A stretch of DNA of 43,356 nt from an uncultured Saprospiraceae bacterium (GTDB lineage: Bacteria > Bacteroidota > Bacteroidia > Chitinophagales > Saprospiraceae), in assembly GCA_964540155.1 (NCBI GenBank), contig CAZIMH010000001.1:1-43356 (forward strand), read 5' to 3'. Below, one piece after another: positions 1 to 11,577 of this stretch. Position 1 is the stretch's first letter. The number at the start of each line of letters is the position of its first letter. Made by a program: the position numbers and the translations under genes. The notes beneath the pieces were generated by a model. It was not told the origin of the DNA. It worked only from the letters and a program-made list of their open reading frames with translations, and searched no databases.

Positions 1-360
1 CTGAGAATCTATACTGATTTTTGTCTCTGCTGAAGGATCCATTTTGAAATCCATGATGGCTTCATTTAGGTCCATCATTTCCATCAGAAATTCCTGGGAC
101 ATTTTGTCTTTTCCTTCTACGGGTGCGGCCCCTAAGTAGTCTAATATATGCCTGATTCTTTGTTGGTCATCATTTAGAATCTTATATCCTTGATTAATTA
201 GCGAGGTCTTGGTCAGAGCCTCCTGCTGCTTCTCAGCTGTATCCAGTGTGTACTTATCAGGATGCCAATCTCTACTTAATGCGTAATACTTAGACGTCAA
301 CGCTTTCTTATCAACGTCAAACGCCATCGGCAAATCAAAAAGTTGGAAATAATTATTCAC
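1..360 (-). CDS. hscB: J-domain co-chaperone, HscB-like (partial; 3' end lies outside the window)
   Basis: Absent from the ORF track because it runs off the window edge. My own minus-strand translation from GTG (360-358) gives VNNYFQLFDLPMAFDVDKKALTSKYYALSRDWHPDKY...INQGYKILNDDQQRIRHIL...FLMEMMDLNEAI. The HPD tripeptide and helix spacing fit a J domain, followed by an HscB-type FLMEqmeLrE segment. It starts 9 nt downstream of the rseP stop on the same strand. Confidence 0.6.
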   Translation of the reverse strand, partial: MNNYFQLFDLPMAFDVDKKALTSKYYALSRDWHPDKYTLDTAEKQQEALTKTSLINQGYKILNDDQQRIRHILDYLGAAPVEGKDKMSQEFLMEMMDLNEAIMDFKMDPSAETKISIDSQ

Positions 361-369
361 GCTTGCGAG

Positions 370-1728
370 CTAGAAAAAGTTTTTGATAATATCATTACCC
401 AATGCGAACACCATGATCATCATTAGTAATACGAAGCCAGCGAAAGTAGCCACTTCCATCACCTTATCTGGCACCTTTCGTCCAGAGATAGTCTCGTAGA
501 TTAAAAACATGACATAGCCCCCATCCAAGGCAGGAATCGGAAGCAGATTAATGAATGCTAATAAGAGGGAAAGCGTGGCCGTCATTGTCCAAAATCTCTG
601 CCAATCCCAGGTGTCACCAAACATTTTACCTATCGTGATAAAACTTCCTAACCCATCTGAGGCCTTTATGTTTCCTCTAAACATATGACCAAATGCTTTG
701 ATTTGGTCACCAAGGAATCGCCAGGATTTATTCCATCCTGCTGGAATACACTCGCTAAAAGAATATTTGTTGTAGGCGGTATCCACATACTTTTCTAAAC
801 CATAGGTTCTGATACCAATCTTACCTTCACTTCTAACTATAGAATAATCATGCGTATTGCCATTCCTCATGACAGTCAATCCTATTTCTTCAGCCTCTAC
901 TGCATCCAATCCTCTAACAACATTATGGGCGAAAGGCGTAGGTTCCCCATTGACCGCGATGATATGATCGCCAATCTGTAGTCCCCCTTTTTCGCCTGGG
1001 CTTCCTTCATCTATAGTCCCTATCTCATATGGATAGCGTGGCACGATAAGATTATCTTTTGAGTTCTTATGTTTTGTCAATTCTGGAATGACTTCTTCTG
1101 GCACCTGAATGAGCTGCTCACTGCCGTTTCTACTGACCTTTATAGTCCTTCCTTGATTGATAACCAATTCACGAATGATGATGCCACCACTGAATTTGTC
1201 AAAATCCCTCTGTCCAACAGAAATAATATCATCCCCATCACGTAAACCCAGCTTGCCACCTAATTCGGTCACCGCTACCCCATTCTTAAGGCTAGATGGG
1301 ACGATATAGCTTTCGCCCCATACAAAGAGAATCATGGAGAACAATACGATACCTAATACAAAATTGACAAATACACCTCCGACCATGATTATGAGTCTCT
1401 GCCAAGCGGGTTTGCTTCTGAATTCCCAAGGTTTAGGCTCTTGTTTCATCTGCTCAGTATCAAAGCTCTCATCTATCATTCCGGAGATTTTTACATATCC
1501 CCCGAGTGGCAACCAGCCGATTCCATATTCGGTCTCTCCTATTTGCTTTTTAAATAATTCAAATCCTGGATTGAAAAAGAGATAAAATTTCTCCACTCTA
1601 GTCTTAAACCACTTGGCAGCAGTGAAATGACCTAACTCGTGCAGGACCACGAGAATGGAGAGACTTAAGAGAAGCTGAAGCGCCGTTATCATGCTGTATA
1701 AAAGTCTAAAATGGACTAAAGAGTTCAA
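370..1728 (-). CDS. rseP: RIP (site-2) zinc metalloprotease RseP, M50 family
   Basis: 452-aa ORF with an HELGH zinc motif in the first TM region, a central PDZ-like segment (GLQIGDHIIAVNG) and the C-terminal NLLPIPALDGG motif typical of RseP/YaeL. Confidence 0.9.
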   Translation of the reverse strand: MNSLVHFRLLYSMITALQLLLSLSILVVLHELGHFTAAKWFKTRVEKFYLFFNPGFELFKKQIGETEYGIGWLPLGGYVKISGMIDESFDTEQMKQEPKPWEFRSKPAWQRLIIMVGGVFVNFVLGIVLFSMILFVWGESYIVPSSLKNGVAVTELGGKLGLRDGDDIISVGQRDFDKFSGGIIIRELVINQGRTIKVSRNGSEQLIQVPEEVIPELTKHKNSKDNLIVPRYPYEIGTIDEGSPGEKGGLQIGDHIIAVNGEPTPFAHNVVRGLDAVEAEEIGLTVMRNGNTHDYSIVRSEGKIGIRTYGLEKYVDTAYNKYSFSECIPAGWNKSWRFLGDQIKAFGHMFRGNIKASDGLGSFITIGKMFGDTWDWQRFWTMTATLSLLLAFINLLPIPALDGGYVMFLIYETISGRKVPDKVMEVATFAGFVLLMMIMVFALGNDIIKNFF

Positions 1729-1880
1729 AATTCTAGAACAACTGCAAAAGTAGCATAAAAACTAAGGTGATATCAAGCACTTAAGTCCTTCATTCCTAGA
1801 TATAAGTAGTTGTATGGCTCAGAGTTGAAAATCATTCTACATGATTTGCCTAATTTCACTTAAAAGAAACCATATTTTAT

Positions 1881-2705
1881 TTGAAGCCTATGCCTACATA
1901 TCCACATTTTGACCTAGAAGTTGACAGCAAGATTGCCACCGTCACCATTAACAGACCTGAGAAATCCAATGCCTTCACCTTAGATATGTGGCAAAATCTG
2001 GGTAAACTGTTTAATGATATTTCTGAGAGTAGAGACTATAGAGTTGTGATACTTAGGGGTGCAGGCAAAAATTTCTGTGCGGGAATGGACTTGAGTGCCT
2101 TTGCGGAGATTCCACCCCTGGTCTCTGATAGCGACCCCGATAAGCACGTCGCCAAGCTAAGAAAATTAATCAGAGGTCTACAGGGAGGCATTACAGCTAT
2201 AGAGAACTGTGCAGTTCCTGTCATTGCAGCTGTACAAAAGGCCTGTATAGGCGGAGGCATCAATATAGTGGCTGCCTGCGATATGCGATATGGTACTACA
2301 GATAGCTATTTCAGTATCAAAGAGGTAGACTTAGGGATAGTGTGTGATTTGGGAGCGCTCCAACGAATGCCAAAATTTATGAATTATAGCAAGGTCGCAG
2401 AGATGGCTTATACAGGCCGCCGAGTGAATGGAACTGAAGCAGAAAGTATGGGGCTAATCGCTAAGTCCTATGAACAGTACGATGAAATGATGTCCGAGGT
2501 CAGAGCATTAGCGGCTACTATTGCTGCTAAGCCTCCTTCTATCATCAGAGGAATAAAAAAATCTATGCTTCAAGCTAGAGCAACCTCTGTCAATGATGGC
2601 CTACAATCCATAGCCAACTATAACAGCAAGCATCTCTTCTCAGATGATTTGGCAGAAGCCATGAGGGCAACGATGACAAAAACCAAACCTGAATTCAAGG
2701 ACTAG
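1881..2705 (+). CDS. Enoyl-CoA hydratase/isomerase (crotonase) family protein, ECH1-like dienoyl-CoA isomerase type
   Basis: 274-aa ORF. It has the crotonase fold signature ([33 protein letters not shown]) and [23 protein letters not shown], which closely resembles the ECH1 segment FQVKEVDVGLAADVGTLQRLPKV. The track start is TTG at 1881; ATG at 1890 (MPTYPHF...) is the more likely start. Confidence 0.85.
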   Translation: MKPMPTYPHFDLEVDSKIATVTINRPEKSNAFTLDMWQNLGKLFNDISESRDYRVVILRGAGKNFCAGMDLSAFAEIPPLVSDSDPDKHVAKLRKLIRGLQGGITAIENCAVPVIAAVQKACIGGGINIVAACDMRYGTTDSYFSIKEVDLGIVCDLGALQRMPKFMNYSKVAEMAYTGRRVNGTEAESMGLIAKSYEQYDEMMSEVRALAATIAAKPPSIIRGIKKSMLQARATSVNDGLQSIANYNSKHLFSDDLAEAMRATMTKTKPEFKD

Positions 2706-2742
2706 CCACCCACTAAACTTTTCAATTCTATATCTTCGTAAT

Positions 2743-5700
2743 ATGGCAATGAAGTATACTGCATTTAACAAGGTCACAAAATCTGAATGGTTAGATAAAG
2801 TAACCAAAGACCTTAAAGGCAAGGATATCAATAGTCTCAATTGGACGTGGGGTGATATAACTGGGACTCCTTTCTATACAAAAGAAGATACCAGAAGAAA
2901 GACGCAACTAGATGCACACAAGAAAGATAATGATTGGATTTACTGCCAACCTATCAATACAGCACCTTCTTTTCTTGCCAATAAAGAAATTATAAATGCG
3001 CTACACAATGGTGCATCAGCATTCTATTTAGGGGACATAAGTCATTTGTCTGAAAGTACATTGGATGAAATTACTAACCAAGTACAACATGAATTTATAA
3101 GAACACATATCCTTTCAGGTAAAAGAGATATTGCAGAAGACGCCAAGCAGCTTGCGACACTTATAAATCAAAAAAAACAAGATGTTCGTAAATGCAAGGG
3201 AAGTATAATTATACCCCAATCGAATCCTTTGTCAGAATTGTCATCTGTTGTTAATTCAGTTACAGACCATCTGCAAGCATTCCATGTTACAATATCATTG
3301 GGTGCAGCAAAAGATCCTGTCGAATTCATCCAGAATGTAGAGAGACAATTGGATTCCATCATTGGTCAATTAGATGAATCTCAACTAAGGCACATCTCAC
3401 TGAAGCTAGGTATAGGCGAATACTATTTTGGAAATATAGCTTTGGTAAGAGCTACTAAAATTATTTGGTCAGCCTGTTTGGGCAAGCATGGTTATAAGGC
3501 CGAAACACCTGTATGGATAATATCTGAGCTAGACAATGCATCACACTCAGAAGATTCTAACTTCAATAAAATACGACTTACGTCACAAGCAATGTCAGCA
3601 GTAGTAAGTGGCATAGATGAACTGATCATTCCTTCCTCTGATATAAAATCAGAAAAAGAAAACTTAGGATTCCATTCCAGAATATCTAGAAATATTAGTA
3701 ATCTGCTGAAAGGTGAGAGTTTTATGCACCGCGTAAAAGACCCTGCTGAAGGCAGTTACTATATAGAGCATCTAACAAATGTGCTGTTAAGTCATACAAT
3801 ATCCTCTGCGCCATCTTCTAGTGGAGATACAATTAATACCGCAGAATCAGTGACTCATAACACCGCAGAGAACATTCCGGTCAAATCCCAATATAACTCA
3901 TCTGATATCGAGTCTGCTACTCACTTGGGTTTTGTGGCTGGCATACCTCCTTACTTAAGAGGCCCTTACAGCTCTATGTACTCTGGCAGACCTTGGACTA
4001 TAAGACAATATGCCGGCTTCTCTACGGCAGAAGAAAGCAATGCCTTTTACAGACGAAATTTGGCGCAAGGTCAGAAAGGCTTATCGGTCGCATTTGATTT
4101 AGCCACTCATAGAGGATATGATTCTGATCATCCAAGGGTGACTGGAGATGTGGGGATGGCAGGCGTAGCTATAGACACAGTGGAAGACATGAAAATGTTA
4201 TTCGACCAGATTCCTTTGGATAAGATGTCTGTGAGTATGACTATGAATGGAGCTGTCATTCCTATCATGGCGTTCTACATAGTAGCAGCACAAGAGCAAG
4301 GCGTGGCCCAAGAGCTACTTAGTGGTACTATTCAGAATGACATACTCAAGGAATTCATGGTACGGAACACCTACATATACCCGCCACAAGCATCCATGCG
4401 TATTGTCGGTGATATATTTGAATATACATCCAAGCACATCCCTAAGTTTAACTCCATCAGTATCTCTGGATATCACATGCACGAAGCAGGAGCGCCAGCA
4501 GATTTGGAACTGGCATTTACTTTAGCAGACGGATTGGAATATATAAAGACAGGTATACAAGCAGGGTTGGTCATCGATGATTTTGCTCCTCGATTATCTT
4601 TTTTCTGGGGCATCGGCATGAATCACTTTATGGAGATCGCTAAGCTCAGAGCAGGACGCGTATTATGGGCTCGAATAGTCAATATGTTCTCCCCTACTAA
4701 TCCTAAGTCAATGGCCCTGAGAACGCATTGCCAAACCTCGGGTTGGAGTCTCACTGCCCAAGATCCATTTAATAATATAGCACGTACTACCATAGAAGCG
4801 ATGGCTGCTGTGTTCGGAGGTACACAATCATTACACACTAACTCACTAGATGAAGCCTTGGCTTTACCGACCGACTTTTCTGCTAAGATTGCAAGAGATA
4901 CTCAAAAATATATTCAGAATGATATAGGTGCTACAGAAGTCGTGGACCCATGGGGAGGATCATATTATGTGGAGTCACTCACACAAGCCTTAATAGAAAG
5001 TGCCTGGAAAATAATAGAAGACATAGAAGAGATGGGCGGCATGTCCAAAGCGATAGAGCAAGGATATCCGAAAATGAAGATAGAAGAAGCCGCCGCCAAA
5101 AAGCAAGCCCGAATTGATAAAGGCACAGAAAAAATTATTGGTGTCAACATATTCAAATCAGACTCTGATAAAGAAATAGATGTACTCACTGTGGACAATA
5201 CTGCCGTGAAGAAATCTCAATTGGCATCGCTAGAAAAAGTGAAATCTGAAAGAGACAAGGATAAAGTCAAATCAGCTTTGGCAGCACTGGCACAATGCGC
5301 AGCTACTGGTGAAGGTAACTTATTGGAACATGCCGTGATAGCAGCTAGAGCAAGAGCGACATTGGGTGAGATTTCTGATTCTATGGAACAAACATTTGGC
5401 AGATATAAAGCCACTCATAATGTCATACAAGGCGCTTATATGAACGAGATTTCTAACGACCCATCATTTAAAAAGGCAAGAGAAAAATCAAATGAATTTG
5501 CATCAAAATTTGGTCGTCGTCGAAGGATAATGATTGCAAAGCTAGGACAGGATGGACATGATAGAGGCGCCAAGATAATAGCCACGAGTTTTGCTGATAT
5601 AGGTTTTGATGTGGATGTGGGTCCTTTGTTTCAGACACCTGCTGAATCTGTCCAACAGGCTGCAGAGAATGATGTGCATATTCTCGGCATCTCCTCACTG

Positions 5701-5916
5701 GCTGCAGGTCATAAGAGTCTGGTACCACAGGTTATAGAAGAATTAGCAAAAATAGGAAGACCAGATATCGTGACTATTGTGGGTGGGGTGATACCCCCGA
5801 AAGATTATCAGTTCTTATTTGATGCTGGTGTGCTAGGTGTATTTGGACCAGGAACTGTGATATCGGAAGCAGCGATAGAGATTCTAGATGTCTTCTTGAA
5901 GGAAAAGGACGCTTGA
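2743..5916 (+). CDS. Methylmalonyl-CoA mutase, single-chain fusion of a MutA-like N-terminal region with a complete MutB-type catalytic plus B12-binding unit
   Basis: 1057-aa ORF. Residues about 1-355 resemble the N-terminus of the small (beta) subunit ([18 protein letters not shown]....TPFYTKED). A Ser/Thr-rich linker follows, then the canonical large-subunit sequence ([62 protein letters not shown]). The C-terminal cobalamin-binding domain carries the DxHxxG motif ([23 protein letters not shown]). Confidence 0.92.
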   Translation: MAMKYTAFNKVTKSEWLDKVTKDLKGKDINSLNWTWGDITGTPFYTKEDTRRKTQLDAHKKDNDWIYCQPINTAPSFLANKEIINALHNGASAFYLGDISHLSESTLDEITNQVQHEFIRTHILSGKRDIAEDAKQLATLINQKKQDVRKCKGSIIIPQSNPLSELSSVVNSVTDHLQAFHVTISLGAAKDPVEFIQNVERQLDSIIGQLDESQLRHISLKLGIGEYYFGNIALVRATKIIWSACLGKHGYKAETPVWIISELDNASHSEDSNFNKIRLTSQAMSAVVSGIDELIIPSSDIKSEKENLGFHSRISRNISNLLKGESFMHRVKDPAEGSYYIEHLTNVLLSHTISSAPSSSGDTINTAESVTHNTAENIPVKSQYNSSDIESATHLGFVAGIPPYLRGPYSSMYSGRPWTIRQYAGFSTAEESNAFYRRNLAQGQKGLSVAFDLATHRGYDSDHPRVTGDVGMAGVAIDTVEDMKMLFDQIPLDKMSVSMTMNGAVIPIMAFYIVAAQEQGVAQELLSGTIQNDILKEFMVRNTYIYPPQASMRIVGDIFEYTSKHIPKFNSISISGYHMHEAGAPADLELAFTLADGLEYIKTGIQAGLVIDDFAPRLSFFWGIGMNHFMEIAKLRAGRVLWARIVNMFSPTNPKSMALRTHCQTSGWSLTAQDPFNNIARTTIEAMAAVFGGTQSLHTNSLDEALALPTDFSAKIARDTQKYIQNDIGATEVVDPWGGSYYVESLTQALIESAWKIIEDIEEMGGMSKAIEQGYPKMKIEEAAAKKQARIDKGTEKIIGVNIFKSDSDKEIDVLTVDNTAVKKSQLASLEKVKSERDKDKVKSALAALAQCAATGEGNLLEHAVIAARARATLGEISDSMEQTFGRYKATHNVIQGAYMNEISNDPSFKKAREKSNEFASKFGRRRRIMIAKLGQDGHDRGAKIIATSFADIGFDVDVGPLFQTPAESVQQAAENDVHILGISSLAAGHKSLVPQVIEELAKIGRPDIVTIVGGVIPPKDYQFLFDAGVLGVFGPGTVISEAAIEILDVFLKEKDA

Positions 5917-5919
5917 CCA

Positions 5920-6603
5920 TCAATGGTCTACCCCTAGCATTCTTCGCATATAGAAACCTAATAAGGTCTTCACCTCATTATAGTTCTCATTCTTTACTTT
6001 GATATCTGTGAGCTTAGGTAGGTGCTCTGCAAAAAATATCTGGTTATTAGCCATCTCAAAAAGATTGCTGGCAAAAGAATGGGGATAAGGAAATTTAGGA
6101 TCTATTTCTAAAATGACATCTGCTACCTTCTGAATCAAAAGTTTATAACTCTTAAAGAATCCTTCTTTGTTCTCCGTATCTACTTTTTTAGTGTGGTAGG
6201 CTTTAGCAGCCTCCTCTATGATAATATGATGTAACTTGTTCTCATTAACAAACTCTACTGATGGATTCTCTATAGTCGCATCTACAAAGTTTTCTATAAT
6301 TATATCCATCTTACGGGTAGGGTCCTCTATATTCTTTGAGTTATAGTCTATAAGATAAGACACCCAATTCCAGTACCATACGACAAGGTAGAGCAGCAGA
6401 AGATGTTTATTCTCAAAGTATCTATACAGTGAGGTCTCATTAGACCCCATATAATTCGCCAACTTTTTAAATGTGAAACATTCAAAGCCAATATCTTCTA
6501 TCAACTCGATACTATGCTTAATAATACTGCGCCCTAACACAGTTTTGAGTGGGTCTCTTAAGGAGAGCCCAGATGGTATGTATAGGCTTTCTGCAAGTAT
6601 CAT
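5920..6603 (-). CDS. TetR/AcrR family transcriptional regulator
   Basis: 227-aa ORF with an N-terminal TetR-type HTH (FTFKKLANYMGSNETSLYRYFENKHLLLLYL). It is convergent with the mutase; the two stop codons are 3 nt apart. Confidence 0.8.
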   Translation of the reverse strand: MILAESLYIPSGLSLRDPLKTVLGRSIIKHSIELIEDIGFECFTFKKLANYMGSNETSLYRYFENKHLLLLYLVVWYWNWVSYLIDYNSKNIEDPTRKMDIIIENFVDATIENPSVEFVNENKLHHIIIEEAAKAYHTKKVDTENKEGFFKSYKLLIQKVADVILEIDPKFPYPHSFASNLFEMANNQIFFAEHLPKLTDIKVKNENYNEVKTLLGFYMRRMLGVDH

Positions 6604-6689
6604 GACAATAATATTATAAAAAGAATACCAATATTAAAAACAATAAGTACTCAAATTAAATAAGTAAAATTATTTTGTCTGAGAGAATT

Positions 6690-7133
6690 CTAGTTCATCA
6701 ATCTTCGATGGTAATTAACCTGTCCTAAGTGATAATTAAGATGACAGTGCAGATGGATAAGGGTGAAGACCATTCCTTTTTTTTCTTCCCAGATGAGGAT
6801 AGGAAAGTCATCGTTTAGCTTTTCTTCAGTGACTTTACTTAGTCCTTCGGTAACTACCTTGATTGTTTCATCTAGCGCTTTGTATAATTTATTTCTATCG
6901 ACATACTTGCCTGAGAATTCGAAATCTCTCTGCCTGACATAATCAGTTTGAGCTAATCCATTCCCTATAAATGTCTTTAGATTTCCGATGATATGAAGGC
7001 AAAGATTTCCTCCAGAATTTTTTATGGAATTTTCTATCTTCCATAAGAGATCATCATTCTCATATAATTCTATTTCTCGTTTCAATTTTATTAAATCTCT
7101 TTCGAACAACTTTTGTAATGCTTCGATTACCAT
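6690..7133 (-). CDS. DinB-superfamily protein (DUF1572-like four-helix bundle)
   Basis: 147-aa ORF. The size and His-rich C-terminal helix (LIHLHCHLNYHLGQVNYHRRL) fit DinB/YfiT-like metal-binding bundles. The assignment rests on motif resemblance only. Confidence 0.55.
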   Translation of the reverse strand: MVIEALQKLFERDLIKLKREIELYENDDLLWKIENSIKNSGGNLCLHIIGNLKTFIGNGLAQTDYVRQRDFEFSGKYVDRNKLYKALDETIKVVTEGLSKVTEEKLNDDFPILIWEEKKGMVFTLIHLHCHLNYHLGQVNYHRRLMN

Positions 7134-7172
7134 AGGGAATTCTGTTTTTGTTATTTCAAATTATTCATAGTC

Positions 7173-8225
7173 TCATAACACATATGAGAATCCTTCATTA
7201 GGAATAGAAAATACTTCACTGCTTATCGCTTCTTTTTCAAGACATCTCTTCAGCTCTGTCGTAGAGGTTTCTGGATTGTCATCAGCTAAGGGGAATGTGC
7301 CAAAGTGCATCGCTACACTTTTCTTAGACTTAACGTCATGATGCACCTGAACGGCCTGACTAGGTGAGATGTGTATAGGTGACATAAACCATTCTGGCTT
7401 GTATGCCCCTATCGGTATAAATGACAAATCAAAAGGACCAAGCTTCTCCCCTATCTGAGTGAATACATCAGAGTAACCTGTATCACCTGTATAATAAATA
7501 TTTCGCGTTTTGTCAGTCAAACTATATCCGGCCCACAAAGTCTTATCTCTATCAAATAAGCCTCGGCTGGAAAAATGGTTACATGGTGTAGCAGTAATCG
7601 TCATGCCCTTGAAAATACTGGTCTGCCACCAATCTAATTCAGTGACCTGCTTAGCACCCCACTTGGTCAATAAATGAGCTAAGCCAAGTGGCGCTACTAT
7701 TTGTGGCTGATAATCTTTAACTAATCTTTTAAAGGTTATCTTATCTAAATGATCATAGTGATTATGAGAGATAAGAACCAAATGGATAGGTGGCAAATTT
7801 TCATAGGCAATGCCAGGAGGACGCATACGTCTAGGGCCAGCCCATTGGAAAGGAGAACACCGTTTAGACCAAATAGGGTCCGTCAGTATATTGATGCCAT
7901 TCCACTGAATCAGGAATGAACTGTGATTAATAAATGTATACTGGAGGTCTTCAGAATTCGCTATCGGAATTTGTCTAGTCTGGGAATCTGGGTCGTCCAC
8001 ATATCGCCACTTATCAGGCACGCGTTCCCGTCCATACTTACCCACTTCCTTAAATCCATTAGCTGGACGACGAGAGGGATTTATAAATTTCTTTCCATTA
8101 AAATGCGCAGAAGATGGACCAGCGTAAGGTCTACAAGAAAGTAAATAACCAATGATAATTACCAGTAATACAAACAGACCAACTGTGGAAATAACAATAG
8201 CAATAAAAGCCAATATAATGCTCAT
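7173..8225 (-). CDS. Membrane-anchored MBL-fold metallo-hydrolase (NAPE-PLD-like subgroup)
   Basis: 350-aa ORF with an N-terminal TM helix (IILAFIAIVISTVGLFVLLVIIIGYLL) and the HxHxDH zinc motif (SHNHYDHLD). It begins 3 nt after the carboxyltransferase stop, so it is probably co-transcribed. Confidence 0.8.
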   Translation of the reverse strand: MSIILAFIAIVISTVGLFVLLVIIIGYLLSCRPYAGPSSAHFNGKKFINPSRRPANGFKEVGKYGRERVPDKWRYVDDPDSQTRQIPIANSEDLQYTFINHSSFLIQWNGINILTDPIWSKRCSPFQWAGPRRMRPPGIAYENLPPIHLVLISHNHYDHLDKITFKRLVKDYQPQIVAPLGLAHLLTKWGAKQVTELDWWQTSIFKGMTITATPCNHFSSRGLFDRDKTLWAGYSLTDKTRNIYYTGDTGYSDVFTQIGEKLGPFDLSFIPIGAYKPEWFMSPIHISPSQAVQVHHDVKSKKSVAMHFGTFPLADDNPETSTTELKRCLEKEAISSEVFSIPNEGFSYVL

Positions 8226-8228
8226 GCG

Positions 8229-9770
8229 CTACAGAGGAATATTACCGTGCTTCTTTTTAGGTAGTTGCACATCTTTACTTTCAAGCAAAGCGAAGCCTCT
8301 TATTAGTTTTCGTCTTGTCTCTCTTGGCATGATAACTTCATCTATAAAGCCTCGACTAGCAGCGCTATAAGGATTAGCAAAAAGGTCTGCATATTCTTTC
8401 TCCTTCTCTACCAACTTCGCGGCCGGGTCATCAGCCGCAGATATCTCTTTTCTAAATATAATTTCTGATGCACCTTTAGCACCCATCACGGCAATCTCCG
8501 CTGTTGGCCAAGCGTAATTCAGATCTGCACCTATGTGTTTAGAGTTCATCACATCGTAGGCACCACCGTAGGCCTTACGTGTGATTAATGATATTCTAGG
8601 CACCGTTGCCTCGCTGAGGGCATAGAGTAATTTAGCACCATTGGTGATAATGGCATTCCACTCTTGGTCTGTGCCAGGCAAGAACCCAGGTACATCTACA
8701 ATGACAAGTAGTGGTACATTGAAGCAATCGCAGGTCCTGGTAAAGCGGGCCGCCTTCTTAGATGAATTAACATCCAAGCATCCTGCGAGGATCATCGGCT
8801 GGTTAGCAACAATACCGATACTCTTACCCGCAAGTCGAGCAAAACCGACTACGATATTATCTGCATAACCTTTATGGACTTCAAAGAATGATTCTTCATC
8901 TACTATCCCACTGATTACCGACTTTATATCATAAGGCGTCGTGGAAGCTTCAGGTATAATCGTTTCTAGTTCATCTCTATATTCTGTACCTGATGTATAC
9001 GGTAATGAAGGCGCTTTCTGCTCACAGTTTTGTGGCAGGTAACTTAGGAGTTGCTTAACTTTATTGATGCAATCAAGGTCATTGCTGGCGGTCAGATGGG
9101 TCACACCTGATTTGGTACTATGCGTACTAGCACCTCCTAATTCTTCTGACGTCACCGTTTCGTTGGTCACTGTCTTCACTACACTAGGGCCCGTCACAAA
9201 CATGTAGCTAGATTGCTCTACCATAATGGTAAAATCTGTCATTGCTGGCGAGTAAACTGCTCCGCCTGCACAAGGTCCCATAATCGCAGATATCTGAGGA
9301 ATAACACCTGATGCCATAACATTCTTAAAGAATATATCTGCATAGCCACCTAGGGACCTAACTCCTTCCTGTATACGTGCTCCACCACTATCGTTAAGTC
9401 CAATAAGTGGCATTCCTGTTTTCATAGCCAAGTCCATGATCTTACAGATCTTCTCAGCATGTGTCTCTGATAATGATCCTCCAAATACAGTAAAGTCTTG
9501 TGCAAATACATATACCTGTCTTCCATCTACGAGACCATAACCCGTCACAACGCCATCACCATAAAAGACTTGCTTATCCATTCCAAAGTCTCTGGTCCTA
9601 TGGGTTACGAGTATGCCTATCTCTTCGAAAGTCCCATCATCCAATAATAAATGAACGCGTTCACGGGCAGTCAATTTGCCCTTTTTGTGTTGCTTCTCAA
9701 TTCGGGCTTCTCCTCCACCCAACTTGGCCGCATCCATCTTCTCTTGAAGGCTTACAATTCTATCATCCAT
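8229..9770 (-). CDS. pccB: Acyl-CoA carboxylase carboxyltransferase subunit (propionyl-CoA carboxylase beta / methylmalonyl-CoA carboxyltransferase type)
   Basis: 513-aa ORF showing full-length resemblance to PccB/12S carboxyltransferases ([75 protein letters not shown]). Confidence 0.9.
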   Translation of the reverse strand: MDDRIVSLQEKMDAAKLGGGEARIEKQHKKGKLTARERVHLLLDDGTFEEIGILVTHRTRDFGMDKQVFYGDGVVTGYGLVDGRQVYVFAQDFTVFGGSLSETHAEKICKIMDLAMKTGMPLIGLNDSGGARIQEGVRSLGGYADIFFKNVMASGVIPQISAIMGPCAGGAVYSPAMTDFTIMVEQSSYMFVTGPSVVKTVTNETVTSEELGGASTHSTKSGVTHLTASNDLDCINKVKQLLSYLPQNCEQKAPSLPYTSGTEYRDELETIIPEASTTPYDIKSVISGIVDEESFFEVHKGYADNIVVGFARLAGKSIGIVANQPMILAGCLDVNSSKKAARFTRTCDCFNVPLLVIVDVPGFLPGTDQEWNAIITNGAKLLYALSEATVPRISLITRKAYGGAYDVMNSKHIGADLNYAWPTAEIAVMGAKGASEIIFRKEISAADDPAAKLVEKEKEYADLFANPYSAASRGFIDEVIMPRETRRKLIRGFALLESKDVQLPKKKHGNIPL

Positions 9771-9819
9771 TTTTATATCTATTGGTGGTTCATAAAGAGA
9801 CCAAGCGTATTCAGATCCC

Positions 9820-10776
9820 TTATGCCTTCGCTTTCCTAATGGCTTCAGTCAATTTGGGGACCACATCAAACAGGTCCGCACAGACGCCATAATCAGCAGC
9901 TTTAAAAAACGGTGCTTCTGGATCTTTGTTTATCACGACGATGCACTTACTGCTATTGACACCTGCTAGATGTTGTATGGCTCCTGAGATACCTGCTGCT
10001 ATATATAAATTGGGTTTGATTGCAACACCTGTCTGTCCGACGTGCTCATGGTGCGGTCTCCATCCGGTATCCGCTACAGGTCTAGAACAGGCGGTAGTGG
10101 CACCAATCGCTGCTGCCAAGTCTTCTATGATACCCCAGTTTTCAGGTCCCTTCATTCCTCTGCCCGCTGATACGACAAGCTCTGCTTCAGGCAATGGTGC
10201 GACATCTCCTTGCTGTAATTTCCTCTCTACGATGGTTACTTTGCTTGCCGGCACTTCTATGTCCAATGCCTCCACACTTGCAGATCCTCCCATCGATTCT
10301 GGTTGGATAGAATTTAGAGAAAGGGTAAGCACTTTAGTCGGAGACTTAATTTCGTACTCTGCTATTGCCTTCCCCGCAAATACATTTTTCTTGACTTTGA
10401 ATCCACCATCTGTATTGGGTAATGAGTTAGCGGCTGTAACCACGCCTGCATTCAATCTAACGCCGAGTCTACCTGCTATTGATTTTCCTGAAGAATTATG
10501 TGGCAGAATAATTACTGAGGCACTAGCTTTTTCTGCAGCTGCTGCGATGACTTGAGTATAAGTCTGACTGTCAAATCCTTCAAGGTTAGCAGATTCAATA
10601 GTCATTACTTTCGATGCACCATAATCACCGAGGCTGGTTGCGTCTCCTATGGATCCTATCACGACTGCCCCACATTCTACTCCCATCTGCTGAGCTGTCT
10701 TATATCCATAGGTGATGGCTTCTAATGAGGCTTTTTTGACTGAGCCCCCATGTGATTCTATATATACTAATACCAT
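9820..10776 (-). CDS. etfA: Electron transfer flavoprotein, alpha subunit
   Basis: 318-aa ORF with the FAD-binding signature [19 protein letters not shown] and a typical EtfA C-terminus ([15 protein letters not shown]). Confidence 0.9.
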   Translation of the reverse strand: MVLVYIESHGGSVKKASLEAITYGYKTAQQMGVECGAVVIGSIGDATSLGDYGASKVMTIESANLEGFDSQTYTQVIAAAAEKASASVIILPHNSSGKSIAGRLGVRLNAGVVTAANSLPNTDGGFKVKKNVFAGKAIAEYEIKSPTKVLTLSLNSIQPESMGGSASVEALDIEVPASKVTIVERKLQQGDVAPLPEAELVVSAGRGMKGPENWGIIEDLAAAIGATTACSRPVADTGWRPHHEHVGQTGVAIKPNLYIAAGISGAIQHLAGVNSSKCIVVINKDPEAPFFKAADYGVCADLFDVVPKLTEAIRKAKA

Positions 10777-10809
10777 ATCTTTTTTATTATCTTTTTTTAA
10801 TGAAAGAGA

Positions 10810-11544
10810 TTAAAGGACTTTCGCTTCTTCACGTAACAATCTTACCAGTTCATCCATATTATCTGGATCTATCATCTTGACGGAGGTCTTCTCCGCTGGC
10901 AAGGCATAAGAAACAGCAACAGCTAGATTTTCGGCATCCACTGCAGGTACAATATTGAGTGGCTTACGCTTGGCCATCATGATGCCTCTCATGTTTGGAA
11001 TTTTCTGCTCAGCCATACCCTTTGCTGCACTGATCACTAATGGTGTTGCTGCCTTGGCTACTTCGGTCCCTCCTTCGATATCTCTATCTACAGTTACTTG
11101 ACTACCGTCAGTTTCTAATTTAGTTGCATAGGAAATATATGGTAGGCCCAAATATTCTGCTATCATGGCACCAACTTCTGAGCCATTATAATCTATGGTT
11201 TCCTTACCAGTTAATATCAAGTCGTATCCTTCAGCTTGGCTAGCAATCTGCTTTGCTACGAACATAGAACTGCTTGGATTAGAATCAACTCTTATTGCAT
11301 CATCGGCACCTATTGCCAAAGCTTTTCTGATAACGACATCATTGGTAGCATCACCAACATTTATAACCGTTACACTACCCCCATGTGCTTCCTTGAGCTC
11401 TATGGCCCTCACTAGCGCATACCATTCATCATAAGGATTCATAATAAATTGTACTCCATTACTATCATAAGCCGTATTGCCATCTTTGAAAGCAATCTTA
11501 GCTGTCGTTTCTGGCGTCTTACTTATACAGACTAATATTTTCAT
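10810..11544 (-). CDS. etfB: Electron transfer flavoprotein, beta subunit
   Basis: 244-aa ORF with a typical EtfB N-terminus (MKILVCISKTPETTAKI) and the motif LILTGKETIDYNGSEVG. It lies directly upstream of etfA. Confidence 0.9.
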   Translation of the reverse strand: MKILVCISKTPETTAKIAFKDGNTAYDSNGVQFIMNPYDEWYALVRAIELKEAHGGSVTVINVGDATNDVVIRKALAIGADDAIRVDSNPSSSMFVAKQIASQAEGYDLILTGKETIDYNGSEVGAMIAEYLGLPYISYATKLETDGSQVTVDRDIEGGTEVAKAATPLVISAAKGMAEQKIPNMRGIMMAKRKPLNIVPAVDAENLAVAVSYALPAEKTSVKMIDPDNMDELVRLLREEAKVL

Positions 11545-11577
11545 TATTTATAATTAATGTTAATTGACATAATATGA

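Noticed and set aside
1881-2705. The crotonase next to the mutase considered as a methylmalonyl-CoA decarboxylase, by analogy with ScpB/YgfG in the E. coli scpA-argK-scpB operon.
   Set aside because: The sequence looks much more like ECH1-type dienoyl-CoA isomerases ([23 protein letters not shown]). Neither an ArgK/MeaB gene nor a CoA-transferase gene accompanies it. Function cannot be settled from sequence by eye, so I did not claim it.
2706-2742. Possible cobalamin riboswitch upstream of the B12-dependent mutase.
   Set aside because: The gap is only 37 nt, far too short for the riboswitch, and no B12-box-like sequence is visible. The mutase is probably co-transcribed with the crotonase gene.
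6608-6617. Perfect 10-nt palindrome ATAATATTAT 4 nt upstream of the TetR start codon, considered as a candidate operator.
   Set aside because: It contains only A and T in an AT-rich spacer, so it is expected by chance. It is too short for a typical TetR operator and sits where the ribosome-binding region should be.
9926-10555. 209-aa plus-strand ORF overlapping etfA. Similar shadow ORFs occur at 1334-1585, 2036-2263, 8641-8868, 11195-11434, 12419-12670 and 22172-22558.
   Set aside because: All are antisense to ORFs with unmistakable family signatures. Their translations are compositionally odd and carry no recognisable motifs.
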